Of a stretch of DNA of 46,342 nt, positions 1 to 12,007 are shown piece by piece (positions within the stretch are counted from its first letter, which is position 1; the number at the start of each line of letters is the position of its first letter). The DNA is from Octopus bimaculoides (lineage: Eukaryota), in assembly GCF_001194135.2 (NCBI RefSeq), contig NC_068984.1:120690241-120736582 (forward strand), written 5' to 3'. The notes under the pieces were generated by a model that was not told the DNA's origin, ran no database searches, and saw only the letters and a list, made by a program, of their open reading frames with translations. A program made the translations under genes and the position numbers.

Positions 1-60
<60 letters not shown>
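1..60. repeat. (AT)n microsatellite
   Basis: Pure AT dinucleotide run at the window start. Confidence 0.99.
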
Positions 61-65
<5 letters not shown>

Positions 66-329
66 TGGAGATATAAATAATATCTTATTTGGGGAGAAAG
101 GATTTAACCTGCGCACTCATAAGAAAGCGAAAGCACATACTCTTCTTGACATTACTTATTTGCACTGTGTATGAATAGGTTATCATGTGCAAGAACTTCT
201 TCATTGACTTCTGGTTAGCAAGATGCCAGTTTTAACATTAATCCTGCTATAATGTCCACTGTGTACTAAACTCTTGAAGCTTTCATTGTCCATTTATATT
301 TTCCCCGAATTAGAGATAGAGCTTCAGTG

Positions 330-1080
330 TGTCTCATGCGCAAGAGCAACATCTATCTAGGTGTACCAGCTACTTATCTTTTGTCCTCACAAACAGCCGG
401 AAGTAGCCACCTATTTTTTCATCAACTTTCTCAACCGTTTCGAAGTGACCATTAAAACAGTTTCTATAAATCCAGTGATCTAACGGGGATCTGCTGTTCT
501 ACGTCCCATACCCGTTGTCTCTAACTGTTGAAAACATCACCGCAAGTAATATTGTTTTCCTTGCCATAAAAAAAAATTCTTCATCTGTAAATGGCATGAA
601 AACCTGTGAGCTACGATGTTCGTTTATGAGCTCCACCCATCTCTTATTTATTGGGTCAAGTATTTCCTGTCAGGCCGTACTGTGTATATTTCCACCCACC
701 ATCAACAACCAGATGCTGTTATTTCAAACCAGACACGCTTACGCCAAGATGTTACCACCCTTCCTTTTCTAACATTCAAAATACGGGCGTCATTTTCCGT
801 ACAATTTATGTATATCACGCTAGAATACATCACTTCAAAGAACAGCGAACTCGAAAACAACTTGCAATGGTTCTTGATAACCTTTCTTTAAATGCACCAA
901 AACACAGCTTTAATATGCAACATTGAAATACATACATCAAACATTTCTGCTCACGAACAGCTTACGAAAAAGCATTCAGTTTTGATAAATGACGGGCTTC
1001 ACAATCGTCAATGACCTTTCATGTCAACTTCATGTACACGACATTGCGAAAATACCTCTCTAATAGTTCTGTTTTGTTTT
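330..1080 (-). pseudogene. Decayed Tc1-like transposase relic
   Basis: Minus-strand translation with stops and frameshifts gives KRKGGNILA*ACLV (768-728; Tc1 K..GG.IMVW.C), NIHSTA*QEIL (.MNS..YQEIL), CFQQ...GMGRRTADP (FQ...W...SPD) and GHFETVEKV, in Tc1 order. Confidence 0.5.
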
Positions 1081-1221
1081 CTGCCCAGAGTCAGAAACTA
1101 CTTTATTTGTGAACAATTGCTAAGCCTCTACAAGGTACAAGTGCATATATTGCTCAAATGTATATAACAATAAACATATTCACGCACAACTATGTTATAC
1201 TATTCTAACCCCATCCCCCGC

Positions 1222-1630
1222 AAACTTTCACTTCTGGTCTATCCCCGTACAGTACCATCTTCCTGTTTATTCAACCGGAACACACTTCTGAACTAGCAAT
1301 CTGTGAACTATCACCTGCCATCCGAGCTCATATGAAGTTCTTACATTACTTTCTTGTCACTTCTACTGTCTCACTTCCTGTACAAAGTACCTCACCCAAT
1401 CCTTTACTCTTCAGAATTTGCAATGCTCAAAAACTCTCTTCTCTAATACATCCTGAAGTCAAAGCTGAACTTAACCACATCAGTCTCACATATGTAAGAA
1501 AACACGTTAAGTAAAAAATAAGCACGTCTCCCAGTCTTTTGACGAAAAAATAAAAGTGATTGAGTGGTTTGAAGTCAAATTTATGTCGAGAGTTTTGCGA
1601 CCATTTATGAATTTGTATAATATGGACCAC
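1222..1630 (-). mobile_element. Possible second Tigger/pogo-like fragment
   Basis: 1222-1332 is about 90% identical by eye to 2066-2178, which continues the Tigger frame. Upstream translation (RLGDVLIFYL...LTSGCIREES) only weakly resembles the CENP-B HTH. Confidence 0.3.
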
Positions 1631-1960
1631 CTTTATAAAGTTCTATATCTTAAGTAACAAATATATTAGGTGGCTCTCTACTGGAATTGTTAGTTGAATG
1701 ACAAACCAGTTACTATTTCAGGCTTGAGATCTGGTCAAACAAATAAGTGGATTATAAATAGCTCACATAACGAGCAAAGAAGGGAGCCCCCGCGGGGAAT
1801 TCTCATTCTGCTTGAAACAGGGACCAAATTTTCCTCAAATTACGATTCAGTCATCTTAAAAATCGAAAGAGTTCATACCTTCATGTAGCCTAGAAAAACT
1901 TTGCCTGGCAAAAAAAAAAAAAAAAAATCAAGAAAACATTCATACATACGTTCAGATATA

Positions 1961-2064
1961 TACATGCGTGGGCATTTTTCAGTTTGCGCCTACCATATCT
2001 ACTCACAAGGCATTAGTCGGCCCGGGGCTATAGTAGAAGACACTTGCCCAAGGTGCCACACAAT
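1961..2064 (-). mobile_element. SINE-A fragment (5' part)
   Basis: ctactcacaaggcattagtcggcccggggctatagtagaagacacttgcccaaggtgccac matches the other SINE-A copies. Confidence 0.85.
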
Positions 2065-2065
2065 G

Positions 2066-3007
2066 AAACTTTCTCTCACTTCTGGTCTATCCCCGCACAG
2101 TACTATCTTCCTGTTTATTCAACTGGAACACACTTCTGAACTAGCAATCTGAACTATCACCTGTCATCTGAGCTCATAACTTCTTCGGTCCTTAAATCCC
2201 ATGAACCATCCTTGACTTGCCTTGAACTCAACATCTTTCTCATCTGGATTTTCTTCAGGTCATCAAGCAAAGACAACGCTTTCTCTTGTATGATTTCTTG
2301 ACTAATAGCAGCACGCTAATGATTCAACTTAACAATCCAAAGAGAAAGAAGACTTTCCATTTCTTCGAAGATTTTGCCTCTTTTCTTATTGATGACAGTG
2401 TTCCTCATCCCTGGAGCTTCAGATCTGATATGTGCTAAAATCTTGTCCTTATTATGTACAATCGTCGATACAGTTGTCCGAGTCATCCCAAAAGATCGTG
2501 CAATTGCTACCACATTTTCACCTTTTTTATGGCATTTTATAGTAGCCAGTTTATCTTCCAGCGTTATAGCCTGACGCTTAGCATTTCCACTATGAATTTT
2601 CTTAGGAGCAATGGGGGCTAAAAGTAAAGTCACAAGTGAATGAGAATGAGAAAGTAGCCGATAAACAGACGTAAATAAATCTGAATTCAAAACAATCGCG
2701 GGAATCATAAGTGACAACGACACCTAACGGTAGATATTGGAGCTGCAGTGTAATATGAACTCCGAAAGACTGATAAATAAGACAACACAGATGGTTTCGG
2801 GATTTCGTTCACTAAGCTACACTACTTAATGGTGTGTATCTTAACATTTACTGTATGTATTTTAATATGATATTATGTGCTTTTAACGGTTTTCTATTGA
2901 TTTTACGATTCCAATATTTGTGGCAGATAGACGTAAAGTGGAGTTTCCATATATCATTTTTGAAAACCGGCATATGATCGAAAACGACTTAAGTCGAGGT
3001 ATGCTTG
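2066..3007 (-). mobile_element. Tigger/pogo DNA transposon, 5' half: TIR plus CENP-B-type DNA-binding domains, pseudogenised
   Basis: The ORF at 2316-2723 has IAPKK (ATT in place of the expected ATG at 2612) ...KRQAITLEDKLATIK...VVAIARSFGMTRTTVSTIVHNKDKIL...EEMESLLSLWI. After a stop and frameshift it continues ISQEIIQEKALSL...FKASQGWFMGFKDR. The end reads TA|CAAGCATACCTCGACTTAAGTCG (3009-2985), similar to the Tigger1 TIR CAGGCATACCTCG. Confidence 0.9.
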
Positions 3008-4011
3008 TATATATATATATATATATATNNNNNNNNNNNNNNNNNNNNNNNNNNNNNNNNNNNNNNNNNNNNNNNNNNNNNNNNNNNNNNNNNNNNNNNN
3101 NNNNNNNNNNNNNNNNNNNNNNNNNNNNNNNNNNNNNNNNNNNNNNNNNNNNNNNNNNNNNNNNNNNNNNNNNNNNNNNNNNNNNNNNNNNNNNNNNNNN
3201 NNNNNNNNNNNNNNNNNNNNNNNNNNNNNNNNNNNNNNNNNNNNNNNNNNNNNNNNNNNNNNNNNNNNNNNNNNNNNNNNNNNNNNNNNNNNNNNNNNNN
3301 NNNNNNNNNNNNNNNNNNNNNNNNNNNNNNNNNNNNNNNNNNNNNNNNNNNNNNNNNNNNNNNNNNNNNNNNNNNNNNNNNNNNNNNNNNNNNNNNNNNN
3401 NNNNNNNNNNNNNNNNNNNNNNNNNNNNNNNNNNNNNNNNNNNNNNNNNNNNNNNNNNNNNNNNNNNNNNNNNNNNNNNNNNNNNNNNNNNNNNNNNNNN
3501 NNNNNNNNNNNNNNNNNNNNNNNNNNNNNNNNNNNNNNNNNNNNNNNNNNNNNNNNNNNNNNNNNNNNNNNNNNNNNNNNNNNNNNNNNNNNNNNNNNNN
3601 NNNNNNNNNNNNNNNNNNNNNNNNNNNNNNNNNNNNNNNNNNNNNNNNNNNNNNNNNNNNNNNNNNNNNNNNNNNNNNNNNNNNNNNNNNNNNNNNNNNN
3701 NNNNNNNNNNNNNNNNNNNNNNNNNNNNNNNNNNNNNNNNNNNNNNNNNNNNNNNNNNNNNNNNNNNNNNNNNNNNNNNNNNNNNNNNNNNNNNNNNNNN
3801 NNNNNNNNNNNNNNNNNNNNNNNNNNNNNNNNNNNNNNNNNNNNNNNNNNNNNNNNNNNNNNNNNNNNNNNNNNNNNNNNNNNNNNNNNNNNNNNNNNNN
3901 NNNNNNNNNNNNNNNNNNNNNNNNNNNNNNNNNNNNNNNNNNNNNNNNNNNNNNNNNNNNNNNNNNNNNNNNNNNNNNNNNNNNNNNNNNNNNNNNNNNN
4001 NNNNNNNNNNN

Positions 4012-4055
<44 letters not shown>

Positions 4056-4140
4056 TATGTGTGTGTATCAATATATATATGTGTGTATATATACACATAT
4101 GTATATAGAGAATGCGTGTGTGTGTATATTTATATATATA

Positions 4141-4290
4141 TTCTTATGGTTTTTATTCTTTTACTTGTTTAAGTCATTAGACTGTGGCCATGCTGGGGGC
4201 ACCGATTTGAACAATTTTTAGTCGAATGCATCAACTCCAGCATTATTTTTAAGCCTGGTGCTTATTCTATAGGTCTCTTGTGCCGACAAG
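4141..4290 (-). mobile_element. SINE-A 3' part, degenerate
   Basis: ttcttttacttgtttaagtcattagactgtggccatgctgg is the reverse complement of the SINE-A tail. A (CA)n run and a gap follow. Confidence 0.8.
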
Positions 4291-4363
4291 TTACAGAGAC
4301 ATACACGCATTGTCACCGGACAAACACACACACATACATACATACATACATACATACATGCAT

Positions 4364-4406
<43 letters not shown>

Positions 4407-5081
4407 NNNNNNNNNNNNNNNNNNNNNNNNNNNNNNNNNNNNNNNNNNNNNNNNNNNNNNNNNNNNNNNNNNNNNNNNNNNNNNNNNNNNNNNNNNNNNN
4501 NNNNNNNNNNNNNNNNNNNNNNNNNNNNNNNNNNNNNNNNNNNNNNNNNNNNNNNNNNNNNNNNNNNNNNNNNNNNNNNNNNNNNNNNNNNNNNNNNNNN
4601 NNNNNNNNNNNNNNNNNNNNNNNNNNNNNNNNNNNNNNNNNNNNNNNNNNNNNNNNNNNNNNNNNNNNNNNNNNNNNNNNNNNNNNNNNNNNNNNNNNNN
4701 NNNNNNNNNNNNNNNNNNNNNNNNNNNNNNNNNNNNNNNNNNNNNNNNNNNNNNNNNNNNNNNNNNNNNNNNNNNNNNNNNNNNNNNNNNNNNNNNNNNN
4801 NNNNNNNNNNNNNNNNNNNNNNNNNNNNNNNNNNNNNNNNNNNNNNNNNNNNNNNNNNNNNNNNNNNNNNNNNNNNNNNNNNNNNNNNNNNNNNNNNNNN
4901 NNNNNNNNNNNNNNNNNNNNNNNNNNNNNNNNNNNNNNNNNNNNNNNNNNNNNNNNNNNNNNNNNNNNNNNNNNNNNNNNNNNNNNNNNNNNNNNNNNNN
5001 NNNNNNNNNNNNNNNNNNNNNNNNNNNNNNNNNNNNNNNNNNNNNNNNNNNNNNNNNNNNNNNNNNNNNNNNNNNNNNNNN

Positions 5082-5482
5082 TTATTTGTTTCAGTCATTT
5101 GACTGCGGCCATGCTAGAGCCCCGCCTTTAGTCGAGCAAATCGACCCCAGGACTTATTCTTTGTATGCCTAGTATTTATTCTATCGCACTCTTTTGCCGA
5201 ACCGCAAAGTTACGGGGACGTAAACACACCAACATCGGTTGTCAAGCGATGGTGGTGGACAAACACACACAAACATACATGCACACGCCCCCCCCCACAT
5301 ATATATATATGTATATACATATATACGACAAGCTTCTTTCAGTTTCCGTCTACCAAATCCACTAACAAGCCTTTGGTTGACCCTAGGCTATAGTAGAAGA
5401 CACTTGCCCAAGGTGCCACGCAGTGGGACTGAACCCAGAACCGTGTTGTTGCGAAACAAACTTCTTGCCCCACAGCCACGCA
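5082..5482 (-). mobile_element. SINE-A, near full length (tRNA-derived, CORE-like segment, internal microsatellite)
   Basis: Head with A-box TGGCTGTGGGG and B-box GGTTCAGTCCC, then CCTTGGGCAAGTG (CORE-like), central (TA)/(TG) tract and tail GCATGGCCGCAGTCAAATGACTGAAAC. Confidence 0.9.
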
Positions 5483-6123
5483 TCCAACTGCTCTTGGAGC
5501 ACCCAATGCAGAGGTTCCAAACAACCACAATGGTGAAAGAGGGTACATAGGAACAAATGATATAATCTTGTGTTTAGCTTAATTTCCTATACATATGCTT
5601 CATATGAATAACTGGTGACACTACTAAGCATAGTAAGAGCTAAACTTATTTACTGGGAGCAGACTGGATAATGACAATCTACGTGGAACTCAACAGTAGC
5701 AGTCATACATCTATTTGTGCACACAAAACATATTATATGTACGTATATGCGTGTGTATACGTGTGTTTGTATGTGCGTGTGCGTGTGCGTGTGTCTGTAT
5801 GTATGTGTGTGTGTGTACGTGTGTACGTGTGCATATTCAGACTAATCTATAACATATGGCGCGTTTTCCCAGTCATTCCATTTTCTNNNNNNNNNNNNNN
5901 NNNNNNNNNNNNNNNNNNNNNNNNNNNNNNNNNNNNNNNNNNNNNNNNNNNNNNNNNNNNNNNNNNNNNNNNNNNNNNNNNNNNNNNNNNNNNNNNNNNN
6001 NNNNNNNNNATCAACATATTTCATCTGTCTCTCTCTGTCTCTCGTTCTCTCTCTCTCTCTCTATACATATACCATATATATATATATACATTATATATAT
6101 ATGCGCATGTATCTGTACATATA

Positions 6124-6159
<36 letters not shown>

Positions 6160-6229
6160 TGTATGCATATATATAGAGATGCATACACACGCATATTTAT
6201 ATATATATGTATATATGGATATGTACATG

Positions 6230-6230
<1 letters not shown>

Positions 6231-6306
<76 letters not shown>

Positions 6307-6307
6307 T

Positions 6308-6376
<69 letters not shown>

Positions 6377-6405
6377 TTATTATCATCATTATCATCATTA
6401 TTATT
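6231..6405. repeat. Compound trinucleotide microsatellite (TTA)n(CTA)n(TCA)n
   Basis: Seen directly. Explains the poly-I, T, L, Y and N ORFs. Confidence 0.98.
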
Positions 6406-6618
6406 AAGGCGGCGAACTGGTAGAATCGTTAACACGCCGGGTAAAATGCTTAGTGGCATTCTGTCCGTCTCCACGTTCTGAGTTCAAATGTCACCGAGGT
6501 CGACTTCGCCTTTCATCCTTTCGGAATCGATATAACGAATACTAGTTGGGCACTGGGGTCGATGTAATCGACTTATCCTCTCCCTAAAATTTCAGGTCTT
6601 GTGCCTTTAGCAGAAAGG

Positions 6619-6650
<32 letters not shown>

Positions 6651-6897
6651 GAAGGCAGCGAGCTAGCAGAATCGTTAGCACACCGGACAAAATGCTTAGC
6701 AGCATTTCTGCTGGCTTTGCGTTCTGAGTTCAAATTCTGCCGAAGTGGTTTTTGCCTTTCATCCTTTCTGGGTCGATAAAATATGTACCAGTGGAACATT
6801 TGATTCAATATAATCGTTTTATCCCGTCCCCTAAAATCTCTGGTCTTGTGCCAAAACTTGAAACCATTATTATTGTTTTTGTTGTTGTTGTTGTTGC

Positions 6898-6948
<51 letters not shown>

Positions 6949-6950
6949 CA
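6406..6950 (+). mobile_element. Two tandem SINE-B copies (about 6406-6620 and 6652-6868), each followed by (TTA)n
   Basis: aaggcggcgaactggtagaatcgtt...gagttcaaat...gcctttcatcctttcgg...gtcgatgtaatcgac...ttgtgcc, with tRNA-type A and B boxes. Confidence 0.9.
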
Positions 6951-7639
6951 TAAAATACAAAAATTCATATGAAAAAATATCAATGTTAAAGTGTTTAAAA
7001 GTATTTTGTATACACAAGTGTATAGCCGTAGTTGCGAAATTATATAACATAAAAGAGTAATACAAAGAAAATGGCAAAGTTTTTTTAATGCTTTTTGTTT
7101 TACACACAAAGATATTATAAAGCATTTGCGAAATAATATTTTCTAATGGATAACCACCATATTTATTACGTTATATAATTTCAGTTAGAAATGTGTATGA
7201 CAAATCTAAGTAATTATATGCTTTATCGTCTATATTTTGTCATGTAAAAAGAGCCAGGAAAATGACTTACAGAGTAATAGGAAAGAACAAAATCCGCCAT
7301 GTGTTCATGTATGCATGTATGTTTGCTTTCCTTTTTATTTATTTGCTAGAATTCTTCATAGAAAGAGGGAGCTGGTTTCTAACAAAGAAACAAAAATTCC
7401 TTCACTGGAGTTTGGTTAACAACAATAATTCTTACAAATTGAACTTTAGAAAAGTCTTGCATATTTTTACTGTTCCACTTACAATTTGTATTTGTTAAGC
7501 ATGTGTCAGACGGTTTCTTTCTTTGCTCAAATTCTTAGCTTTCTAGGGAGCTATTCAGGAATTTATTTACATAATCTAATGCATCAATGACTATAAGTAT
7601 AAATGTGAATTTATTATCAGGATAGAGGAATTACCGGTT

Positions 7640-7900
7640 TCAATGCAGTTGGCTAGAAATAATCCCCTTCTCACTGGCATTGGGAGAGGTGGTTCTCATC
7701 TGCAGGGCAGCTAACCTCATCTGTACATGATTTTTCTTTTCTGTCCCCAATGCATATGTCAGGTCTATTATGTTTGCTCTTTGGTAGAAATTTTGATGGG
7801 AAATTCCACCAATATTCCTTGGTTTGTTAGGTATGTATTCGATTGCAAAGGTGGTATTATATTTATTCCAGGGATGGCATTTCACAATGTTTGGGCAATA
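7640..7900 (-). pseudogene. Possible R4-type non-LTR RT-thumb relic
   Basis: AIEYIPNKPRNIGGISHQNFYQRANIIDLTY resembles the RLY.PR..GG.G...Y...I motif of RLE-clade RTs. Short and degenerate. Confidence 0.3.
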
Positions 7901-10629
7901 ACATCTTATCGCAGTAGTAGTTATAGTTCAATGATATTTGTGGGCAGCTAGGGATTACATCTGTTATGTCCCCCATAGAAAAATGACATAATCGATATGT
8001 TTGAGGGGCATCGTGTGATTTTTAAGGTCTTCGCTATTCCTTTTGTTCATTACATATTTCGTAGTTGCCCTCTGTACTTAGAATGCAAAAGCGTACCTTT
8101 CAGATATACGTGATGTAGCGGTCACAAATCCATGAGAGGTTATATTTCATGATTATCGTATGTGAGTATATATGTACGTTTATGTACGCCTCGCCGCCTC
8201 AGGTTTCAAGCAGAGGGCTAGGTATCGTGCAGTAAGATCGAATCGAGATCTGAGATAGTTAAAAACCGAACTTCTGGTTGTTGGGTGGCCTTATGATAAT
8301 AACTAGTTTAAACAAATATTTTGCCAAATGCATTTTGTTTCTTTGTCCTTTCAGATACTTAGATTGTTGAAAACAAATTCTATCAGTTTCTCTGTAGTTT
8401 ATCAGCCAATAATAATAGAGCTTGCAGCGCAATGACGGCACATGTAACTGGTTAACATGATACTTGCCAGAATTTATTCTGTCAGTGATGTATCACTGTT
8501 AAAATTTATACATCGTCACAAACCAGTCTTTAGAGATCTGGATTATCCCTAACATAACAAGCAAGTTAGTCATTGACTGAGTGAGTGGGTGTACACCGGA
8601 AGTAGGTGTTTGGCTTCACCAGTAAGGTTGAGAAGGGAAATGAGGATGAAGACGAATAAAAAAGCAGAGGAAGGGGAGAAAAGGAAAATGAGATGAAGAA
8701 GGGAAAAGAAAAAGGAAGAGAAAGAACGAGGATGTGAAGGATGAGGGGGAGGACGAGACAAAAAAGTAAAGGGTGTAGAATTGGGACACGTAGGTGTATA
8801 ACTGGTCTACGTCTCTCCTTTATCTTTACCTAGTATTCTAATTCTAATTTTAAAATGAACTAAGGGAAATAACTGCAGTTGGTGAATGGCAGGAAATTAC
8901 GTAATTCAAATAGGTGCTGATGTACTGATTGATGTACTCCGAAAATTCTTCATAAGCTTAAGTTTACTTCCTAGGTAGAAAAAGAAAACAGGTTACGGTA
9001 ATTGTTAGCGACACTCCACGGAAAAGTAAATATATTTTCAAGAATTTAAGAATTAGTTTACTCAGAAAATTATTAAGCTATTGTTCAAGATTGTTCCACT
9101 TAACTAATTTGCTATTTCGGTCTCTGTAACCTTCCAATAACCGGGACCCTACCTATGAACCTTATCTTGTTTGACTGTACAGAGAAGGAATTTGTTGTCT
9201 GTTTAATCGATCACATTTAATTATGAACAAACTACGCTATGTCTACTAGCTTATTGAATACTTTATTTAGATACTATCTTTATGACCAAATTCACTTTGT
9301 CCGTGTCTGCATCGGCACATTTAGGAGATCTAGTCGGCACTTGTTAGACAGTTGCAAACTCCTAAGTAGGTTTCGGGGGCTTTTGCACGCTTCTCTCTTA
9401 TCAGTTAGCCTACACAATTCCAACGTCCACCCTGGATGTCATTCCAGTTTCCCACAAGCACTAAAAAGCGAAACGCTTCAAGGAGTGCTACTAGTTACCT
9501 GAAGAAATCTGGACGCTTCACCCCTGCTGAAGCCTAAACAGTTACTCGTCTAATGATATGGCCTTCGCTGCTATCAAGTACAGCACCACTGACTTACCTA
9601 CTGAATTCAGGAAGATTGTTCGTATTTCGAGATCTAGAGCTGCTCACAGTTCCAGTCGATTTATAGATTTACACACTGCGTAGCCTTCGAAGATGAGTGC
9701 AAAAGTTCGTGCCTCAGAAATTCTGGTCTCACTGATGGTCACCACATCTATGTCTAATAATCCGAGAACATTGAGCTGGTTGCTTGCAAGACAACTCCAA
9801 GCCCGTGAATTGAAACTGCCTATCCTGAGTAAGGCCTAGGGAGTTGATTAGAAGGATTAAAATGACAAAAAAAGCCCCACTTACCTTGTTCTTGTGGAAG
9901 AACAGACGATCCATCGTTCCAATTAAAAATGAATGTCTTCACCAGAAAGTTTTTTCTTATATATTCTTTTGTTAATTTTCCAGGAAGTCTTCCATTCCAT
10001 TGGCATATTTTGCTTTCAATCTGTTGTATGTTTCATGTGTTGCTTTTAAGATTTAGATACGTTAATGTGTTATTTGTTGGTATGATGTAGGGATATGTGC
10101 AATGTTTGTGTACTGATGTATGTGGCCCATTAATTCTTTGTTATATGTGTCTATGACCATGTAGTTGATAATGCTACTTTGTTTCGTAAATGTTATTGAT
10201 GTTAGTCGTGTTTGCGTTTATTGAACAACAATCGCCTTTAATTTTACCCATCTCCAGTAGAGACAGATTGGTATGAGAATCAGTTTGTTACTCTTTAGCG
10301 ATGTTACAAAATACTTTTTCTTTTTCTCAGTCGGAAATCTCGCCTTAACCGTGCCGAAACTTCTCCCTTGAATGACGTAAGTTTGAGTGTTCCCGCTTAA
10401 CTTAGCACACACCTCAGTCTAGATTCATGTCGTTTGTTCTACTTTTCTGGACTTTAGACCTATACATCTATATATAATATTTTTTCCTGTGTGTTCCGAA
10501 TTTATTGCAGTATGCTTAAAAATTCCGTACTTCCAATCTTGGTTAGGAAATTTTTTGGTATTTTGCAAATCCTACTAAGATAGAAAAATTGAATATTGCA
10601 TTCGGCACACGCTAGCGAAACTTTTCAGT

Positions 10630-11060
10630 TGGTTTGCCAGTCACGGTATTAGCGTTAATGTTTGTGGCCGTGGTGGTCATGGTGGCGATTTTGGTAGTGG
10701 TAGCATTGGTTGATGTGTTGTTCCTACTATTAATTTTCTTATTTTCGTCCTACTATTCTCGGTGCTGTTGTTTCCGTTGCTGTTACAGTTCTTTTTCCTT
10801 ACTTTTCATTATCGTCGACATTGTTGGCGTTGCCGTCGCCGTAATTTATTACAGCGGTGATAGTACAGGGTGTGCTATCACTGTGACCGTCTGTTCTTTT
10901 GTTTGCGTTGCCGTTGTTATTGTTGTTGTTGTCGTTACTACTGCTATAGCTAATACTGGTTTTGTTGTTGCCTTTATTACCACGCGCTGAGGTGGTCTTT
11001 GGCAGGTTGTTATTTTTGTTTTCTTTGTGTAGCATGTTGTTGTTGCTATCCCCATTATGG
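10630..11060. repeat. Degenerate (GTT/GTN)n low-complexity tract
   Basis: Cryptic trinucleotide periodicity gives Val-rich and Asn/Thr-rich pseudo-ORFs. Confidence 0.75.
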
Positions 11061-12007
11061 CTACATGTTGAGTTCCGAGCGGGAATAGTGAGAGATGACT
11101 GTGGCGAAATCCTTTCCTCCGGCGCTCTTCTAAAAGCCACCCATTTGCAATGCCATGTTCTTTTTATTTTAATGTTTAAGTCCAAGAAAAAGGTAACAAA
11201 TTCCGTTCCGAAGGGCCAAAGTGAAACGAAACTGACGAGTTTACCAGAATTATGGTTAGCTTAACGACAAAAGCAATGCAAAACTTTTTACTGTAGGATT
11301 ATTAAAAGAAAGTCAAACAAACAAAAATTTACGAGCAATTTCAAGGAGTGTCTTGCCGATACAACAATTTCGTTTATTTTCCCATCAGTGCTTGTTTGTA
11401 TATAAATTAACGTGTTACAAAAAGGCTATAAATACATATGGGTTTGTACATTCGTAGTTATTTAAAGACGCGTGTTGGGTTCTACAATCAATACATCGGG
11501 ATATAATTTTTATTTTTTGAAATTTACACAAATAAGTAAGTGAATATATAAATAAGGGAATATACATAAAGGACAAAACAAACAAAGGCAACCCACCTAC
11601 AAGAATTTGGCGAAAGCATATCTCAACGCTGACCACCTTCTGTTTTCATGTACTCCACATCAATGTAATTCGCAATGTCAGATTCCAAAAGTATCTGTGA
11701 ACAATTCAGGCGTCAGAACGATTAAGAAAGCATCGACTTCGTCCTACTAAGATACAACTGTTTATAGACTCTCAGATTTATTCGTAATAACGGTCGTCCC
11801 CGTCGTCTTACATAATCGAAGCTCGTTTCCGGCTCGATTTATTCGTTGTTTTTTGTTACTTGTTCCTACAGATTGATCGAATCGTCTATCAATCCTTCCG
11901 CCTCTATTCCAAATACGGTAGACTTCATCAAAGATTCAACCGCACGCCAAGAAAACTTCAATGGAAGAGGTTACTAGATCACCTTTAAAAAAACTACTAC
12001 ACTCTAA

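Noticed and set aside
5671-7125. ORFs rich in poly-I, T, L, Y, N, or HT/CV/YI repeats here and elsewhere
   Set aside because: These are translations of di- and trinucleotide microsatellites.
7348-8440. Strong plus-strand acceptors at 7349 and 8354, and similar isolated splice-like signals at 11870, 14254 and 29888
   Set aside because: No convincing matching donor or recognisable peptide. Expected by chance in T-rich DNA.
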